64,000 bases of DNA, taken from the NCBI GenBank assembly GCA_035327565.1, contig DAOLDB010000002.1, positions 5,661 to 69,660 on the forward strand. The letters run 5' to 3'. Below the pieces are notes generated by a model, which was not told where the DNA came from, searched no databases, and was given only the letters and a program-made list of their open reading frames with translations. Origin of the DNA: Saprospiraceae bacterium (GTDB taxonomy: Bacteria > Bacteroidota > Bacteroidia > Chitinophagales > Saprospiraceae). Shown here in pieces: positions 59,476-64,000 of the stretch. The position numbers and the translations under genes are program-made. The first letter of the stretch is position 1. The number at the start of each line of letters is the position of its first letter.

Positions 59476-59626
59476 TCTATACCCAATCAGAAGTTTTGTT
59501 TTTGTATAGGATGCTTTTTCAAATGGTCTACATATAGCTCATAAAATTTGTTACCTCGATACTTTAGATAATTTGAAACCAGTATTTTATTTTCGGAGAA
59601 TTTAGATGGATTCTTTTAGGTTTTCA

Positions 59627-59992
59627 CTAAAAAAAACCAGTAATCTTAAGTCCTGCAAATACAGCGAAAATACCTGTAAGAACTGAAATAACAATATATA
59701 ACACCATCATTGCAGGCTGCTGTCTTTCCAATAAAGTTATGCATTCAGCGCTAAAGGTAGAAAATGTACTAAACCCTCCACAAAATCCGGCCATTAACAG
59801 CCATTTGTATTCATCATTGATATTATATTTAAATGAGAAACCTAATAATAGGCCCAAAATCAGACTGGCAAGAATATTTGCAATCAAGGTAGCAAATGGG
59901 AAATGGCCATGATAAAATGGAATCCATTTGCTCAGACTATAACGGAAAACACTTCCAATACCACCTCCAATAAAAACATATAAAAACTGCAT
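59627..59992 (-). CDS. crcB: Fluoride efflux channel CrcB/Fluc
   Basis: 121 aa, 4 TM helices. GGGIGSVFRY and GFCGGFSTFSTF motifs. Confidence 0.9.
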   Translation of the reverse strand: MQFLYVFIGGGIGSVFRYSLSKWIPFYHGHFPFATLIANILASLILGLLLGFSFKYNINDEYKWLLMAGFCGGFSTFSTFSAECITLLERQQPAMMVLYIVISVLTGIFAVFAGLKITGFF

Positions 59993-59995
59993 AGA

Positions 59996-61051
59996 TCAGG
60001 ATTGTGAGGGTATTTTTCTTTTTTTATAAAAATAAGACAAAACCAGGCTAAGTGCAAAAGCAATGATCCCTATAAGAATTAAAAGATTGAGACTGCCAAT
60101 TTTATGGAATCGCATGACCATCACTATAAATAAGAAGTTAATAACAATGAGCAGACTGGTCGCCTGCATATGTGAAAGCCCGGTATCAATCAATACGTGG
60201 TGGATATGATTCCTGTCGGGATGAAAAGGGGATTTGCCATTGGCAATCCGCAAAATAAATACACGCAATGTGTCAAAGAGGGGAAGAATAAGAATTCCAA
60301 CAGCTACCGATGGGGCTGATTTGAAAGCATAGGGATGGTCAACCAGAACTCTATGGGATTCAATAAATTGTATGGTTAAAATGGAACAAACCATTCCCAA
60401 AAGCAGGGATCCGGTATCTCCCATGAAAATTTTGGCAGGAGTAACATTGTATTTTAAAAATGCAATGGTCGACCCAGCCAAAGCAAAAGCAATGATAGCC
60501 AGATCGATTCGGTCTATTAAAAAAAACCAATATCCAACTGTTATTGAAATTAAAATGCCAATACCGGCTGATAGACCATTGATTCCGTCGATTAAATTAA
60601 ATGCATTGATGATCACTATGATAGTAAATACCGATAAAACGATACTTACTGGATTTGAAAGATCGTAGATGCCAAAAATACCATACATGCTGGTCAGCTT
60701 AATATTCGCCTTCGAGACTACAATTAATGCTGCAAATAGTTGACCCAAAAACTTTTTGGATGGAGAAATGGGATCAATATCATCTTTGGCACCGATGAGG
60801 AATATGATGATAAAAGCACAAAGTATATATTGCAAATCTTTAAAAACATAAAATGGTGTCCAAAGTATAATAGAAAAAATCATACCAGCAAAAATGGCAA
60901 TTCCACCCAATGAAGGTGTTACGGTTTTGTGTGCTCTTCTAGAGTCAGGAACATCTACCAGGTTCTTTTTTCTGGCTATTCGTATAATGGACGGTATCGC
61001 CAGAAAAGTAAGAGAAAAAGCAGTTATAAACGCCAGTATTATATCGAACAT
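59996..61051 (-). CDS. Polyprenyl-phosphate N-acetylhexosamine-1-phosphate transferase (MraY/WecA family, GT4)
   Basis: 351 aa, polytopic. Motifs IGAKDD, NAFNLIDGINGL, MGDTGSL and the HIHH-containing loop. Confidence 0.8.
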   Translation of the reverse strand: MFDIILAFITAFSLTFLAIPSIIRIARKKNLVDVPDSRRAHKTVTPSLGGIAIFAGMIFSIILWTPFYVFKDLQYILCAFIIIFLIGAKDDIDPISPSKKFLGQLFAALIVVSKANIKLTSMYGIFGIYDLSNPVSIVLSVFTIIVIINAFNLIDGINGLSAGIGILISITVGYWFFLIDRIDLAIIAFALAGSTIAFLKYNVTPAKIFMGDTGSLLLGMVCSILTIQFIESHRVLVDHPYAFKSAPSVAVGILILPLFDTLRVFILRIANGKSPFHPDRNHIHHVLIDTGLSHMQATSLLIVINFLFIVMVMRFHKIGSLNLLILIGIIAFALSLVLSYFYKKRKIPSQS

Positions 61052-61291
61052 TTACCCAAATTATTGGATCAAATATACTAAAAACAAAACTGGTTTTGTT
61101 TGAAACGATCCATCAAATTAACCTTTAAAATTTTTATTTGCTGACATATTGTCTACCTTCATACCATTTGAGGAAGTATGCAATGCCTTAATGAACCATT
61201 TTTTTTACGTTTGTGATGGATAAAAAAATGTTCGGTGAGTTGTGTAAGTTTTTATTAATTTTGCATACTTTTTTTCCTGACAAATAGCATT

Positions 61292-62038
61292 ATGTCTGAA
61301 TTTCTACATTTAATCGATAGAGAAAAGTTGCCGAGGCACATTGCTGTCATCATGGATGGAAATGGCAGATGGGCAAAAAAATATGGAAAATCGAGAATTT
61401 TTGGACATAAAAACGGAGTTCAAGCGGTAAAAAATACTACAGAATCCTGTGCAGAATTGGGTATTGAGTACCTGACTTTATTTGCTTTTTCTACTGAAAA
61501 CTGGCAAAGACCAGAATTTGAAGTCAATGCATTGATGGCATTACTGGTCGATTCCTTAAACAAGGAAATAAAAACTCTTAATGAGAACGATATACGCCTA
61601 AAAGCGATAGGTGATGTGGAGAAACTACCCAGAAAGACTTACCTGAGCTTGATGGAAGGAATAGAGAATACTCGAAATAATCAAAGGATGACACTGACAT
61701 TGGCACTGAATTACAGTGCCCGATGGGAAATCACCAAAGCTCTTAAGACTATTTCGAAATTAGTCGAATTGGGAACTATTGATCCGGGTATGATTCATGA
61801 GAAATTTATAGAGAAACACTTAGAGACAAATGGTATTCCGGATCCTGAACTTCTTATCCGCACTAGCGGTGAAAGAAGAATAAGTAATTTTCTGCTTTGG
61901 CAAATTGCATATACAGAATTGTATTTCACTGAAAAATTCTGGCCTGATTTTAAAAAAGAAGATTTGTATGAGGCGATAGTAGACTTTCAACACAGAGAAA
62001 GGCGTTTTGGAAAGATCAGCGAACAAATCAGAGTATAG
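61292..62038 (+). CDS. uppS: Undecaprenyl (isoprenyl) diphosphate synthase
   Basis: 248 aa. HIAVIMDGNGRWA, FAFSTENW.RP and LIRTSGE.R.SNFLLWQ.AY.E motifs. Confidence 0.95.
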   Translation: MSEFLHLIDREKLPRHIAVIMDGNGRWAKKYGKSRIFGHKNGVQAVKNTTESCAELGIEYLTLFAFSTENWQRPEFEVNALMALLVDSLNKEIKTLNENDIRLKAIGDVEKLPRKTYLSLMEGIENTRNNQRMTLTLALNYSARWEITKALKTISKLVELGTIDPGMIHEKFIEKHLETNGIPDPELLIRTSGERRISNFLLWQIAYTELYFTEKFWPDFKKEDLYEAIVDFQHRERRFGKISEQIRV

Positions 62039-62072
62039 AATAGGCTAATTAAGTAAACTTTAACAGCGGGCA

Positions 62073-64000
62073 TTGGAATTCACACGTTTACCCAGTATAC
62101 AAAAAATTACCTTTGGAAAAATTATCCTGAGTATTTTGGTCAACCTGTCAGGTATATGGAGCCATTTAATAGGTAAGTCGCTCCTTGCGCTTTCCTTTAC
62201 AGTGATTATATGTTTCCCTGTATCCAGTCAGCAGGATACATTGCCACTGAATATAGATGATATCCCTGTCTTGCAGTATACCGAAAAGAAAATATATGAA
62301 ATAGCCGAGGTAAATATCATTGGAGCTGAAGGAAGAGATAGAAATGCCATACGATCTATTGCCGGTTTGAGGATTGGGGATAAAATAACCATACCGGGAG
62401 AGAAAATCAGCACTGGATTGAAAGCACTATGGAAACTCAGGCTGTTTGAAGATGTAAAGATCATCCAGGAAAAGACAGAAGGGGACCTGGTTTGGTTGAC
62501 CATTTATTTAAAGGACAGGCCTACCCTGAGCCGGTTTACACTTGAAGGAATTAAGCAATCGCATCAGACCAATCTCATTGAAACACTGAAAGGAGTTTTA
62601 AACGTTGGTAGCATTGTCACTGATGAGCAAAAGAATATAGCTTCCAAAAAAATCAAAGAGTATTTTGTTGAAAAAGGTCGCTTGAATGTAAAAGTTGATA
62701 TCGAAGAAGTGGTTGATGAAGGCCGGGATAACAGTATACGGCTCATTTTTCAGGTGGATACAGGTGACAAAATAAAGATTAAGGAAATTTCTATTGAAGG
62801 AAATTCCTTCGCCTCAGACAAAAAAATACGCTCTCAACTTAAAAAAACCAAAAAGAAAGGAACATTTCTGAAATCTTCAAAATATGTTCCTGCAGAATAT
62901 GAAAATGATAAAAAGAAGATCATTGCATATTACAATAAGGAGGGGTATCGGGATGCAATCATTGTAAAAGACAGTCTTTGGCGTAATGAGGATGACCTGC
63001 TCATGATTAAGATTTGGATAGAGGAGGGACAGCGATATTATTTCAGAAATATATATTGGAAAGGAAATACAAAGTACACTGATGAGCAACTCACTTTGGT
63101 GTTGGGTATACAGAAAGGAGATGTGTTTAATCCCGAAATCTTGGAAAAAAGGCTCAGTTTCAGTATGGATGGCAGGGATGTCAGTTCATTATATATGGAT
63201 TTTGGTCATTTGGCCTTTAATGTGGATCCGGTGGTAGTTTCGGTTGTGAAAGACAGTATTGATATTGAAATGAGAGTAACTGAAGGACCGGAATTTACGA
63301 TAGGCGCCATCCATATTGAAGGAAATACCAAAACCAATGAACATGTGGTTCGACGTGAAATCCGAACCCGGCCGGGACAAAAGTTCCGCCGTTCAGATAT
63401 TATTCGTACGCAAAGAGAAATCATAAATCTTGGGTTCTTTAATCAGGAGAATATTGAAATTGACCCTATTGTCAATCCGGACAGGGGCACAGTGGATGTT
63501 CTTTACAAAGTAGAGGAACGCCCAGCCGATCAATTAGAATTATCTGCAGGATATGGCGGGTTCAGCGGATTGATAGGAACTTTGGGAGTTGTATTCAATA
63601 ATTTTTCCGTAAGGAATATAAGGGATCGAAGCACATGGTCTCCCTTGCCCCAGGGCGACGGTCAGAAATTATCCTTGAGAGCTCAGGCAAACAGTAGGTT
63701 TTTTCGTTCCTTTAACGCTTCATTTACCGAACCTTGGTTGGGTGGGAAAAAACCAAACTCTTTTACGATAGGTGCGGTAACTTCTACCTTTGATAATCGT
63801 ATTCTTGACGCCGGATTACTGAGCATTCGCCGGGCTTTTGTAGGGTTAGGAACTCAGGTGAAGTGGCCCGATGATTTTTTTGCAGTCAACTTTACACTTA
63901 ATCTTGAGAATATCATTTTATCTGATTATGTACAGAGAGGCCTTCAGGGTAATTTCGCAGTGGAAGAGAATGGAAGAATTGTCAACATAAACAATGGAAA
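62073..64000 (+). CDS. bamA: Outer membrane protein assembly factor BamA (partial; runs off the window end)
   Basis: The frame is open from 62064 to the window end. I hand-translated roughly the first 100 codons; the rest is inferred from the open frame. POTRA-like sequence (IYEIAEVNIIGAEGRDRNAIRSIAGLRIGDKITIPGEKISTGLKALWKLRLFEDVKI...). Sits immediately downstream of uppS, as in many bacteria. There is no in-frame ATG, so the start is TTG 62073 or TTG 62136 and remains uncertain. Confidence 0.8.
   Translation, partial: MEFTRLPSIQKITFGKIILSILVNLSGIWSHLIGKSLLALSFTVIICFPVSSQQDTLPLNIDDIPVLQYTEKKIYEIAEVNIIGAEGRDRNAIRSIAGLRIGDKITIPGEKISTGLKALWKLRLFEDVKIIQEKTEGDLVWLTIYLKDRPTLSRFTLEGIKQSHQTNLIETLKGVLNVGSIVTDEQKNIASKKIKEYFVEKGRLNVKVDIEEVVDEGRDNSIRLIFQVDTGDKIKIKEISIEGNSFASDKKIRSQLKKTKKKGTFLKSSKYVPAEYENDKKKIIAYYNKEGYRDAIIVKDSLWRNEDDLLMIKIWIEEGQRYYFRNIYWKGNTKYTDEQLTLVLGIQKGDVFNPEILEKRLSFSMDGRDVSSLYMDFGHLAFNVDPVVVSVVKDSIDIEMRVTEGPEFTIGAIHIEGNTKTNEHVVRREIRTRPGQKFRRSDIIRTQREIINLGFFNQENIEIDPIVNPDRGTVDVLYKVEERPADQLELSAGYGGFSGLIGTLGVVFNNFSVRNIRDRSTWSPLPQGDGQKLSLRAQANSRFFRSFNASFTEPWLGGKKPNSFTIGAVTSTFDNRILDAGLLSIRRAFVGLGTQVKWPDDFFAVNFTLNLENIILSDYVQRGLQGNFAVEENGRIVNINNG

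Noticed and set aside
1-64000. A search by eye for tRNA, rRNA, tmRNA, RNase P RNA, CRISPR arrays, insertion sequences, integrases and restriction-modification, toxin-antitoxin or other defence genes.
   Set aside because: I found none of the following:
- T-loop-like GTTCGAATC or GTTCAAATC elements in intergenic gaps.
- Regularly spaced direct repeats with spacers.
- Transposase-, integrase- or nuclease-like ORFs.

The only tandem repeats are the 62-bp terminator module and the in-frame protein repeats reported above.

Overview
This 64 kb window looks like a chromosomal segment from an AT-rich member of the Bacteroidota. The phylum call rests on T9SS (type IX secretion) sorting tails at the C-termini of two proteins, TAnnTTTG-type promoter boxes, a type-2 IleRS, uppS-bamA synteny, and a Bacteroides-like inositol-lipid cluster. 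I count about 40 protein-coding genes, most of them ordinary housekeeping genes.

Housekeeping content:
- Nitrogen assimilation: glnB-amt-gltB-gltD.
- Nucleotide and cofactor metabolism: thyA, a UbiD-family decarboxylase, folK and a deoxynucleoside kinase.
- Transport: an alanine/glycine:cation symporter, a MATE exporter and crcB.
- Envelope and proteolysis: sppA, YceI, an M28 peptidase, a wecA-like transferase, uppS and the 5' part of bamA.
- Other: a ROK kinase and ileS.

I did not recognise any rRNA, tRNA, CRISPR array, transposase or integrase.

Non-routine content:
1. Two adjacent, collinear, cysteine-rich giant surface proteins (2189 and 1768 aa). Both end in the same cassette: a CarboxypepD_reg-like domain, a dockerin-like domain, a putative cohesin-like domain and a T9SS sorting tail. 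A 1.1 kb ORF-free spacer separates the two genes.
2. A small secreted Cys-rich protein with an IPTL-CTERM-like C-terminal sorting signal, which is unexpected in a T9SS organism.
3. A five-gene inositol-lipid operon: a PIP-synthase-like CDP-alcohol transferase, a PAP2/IPC-synthase-like enzyme, MIPS (inositol-3-phosphate synthase), a PgpA-like phosphatase and GtrA. A Tat-dependent two-subunit GMC dehydrogenase sits next to it.
4. A MacB/FtsX-type ABC transporter with a histidine-rich periplasmic loop, next to a DUF3299-like protein whose 3' end plus terminator is tandemly triplicated.

All domain calls come from reading the supplied translations by eye. No HMM, BLAST or folding computation was run.
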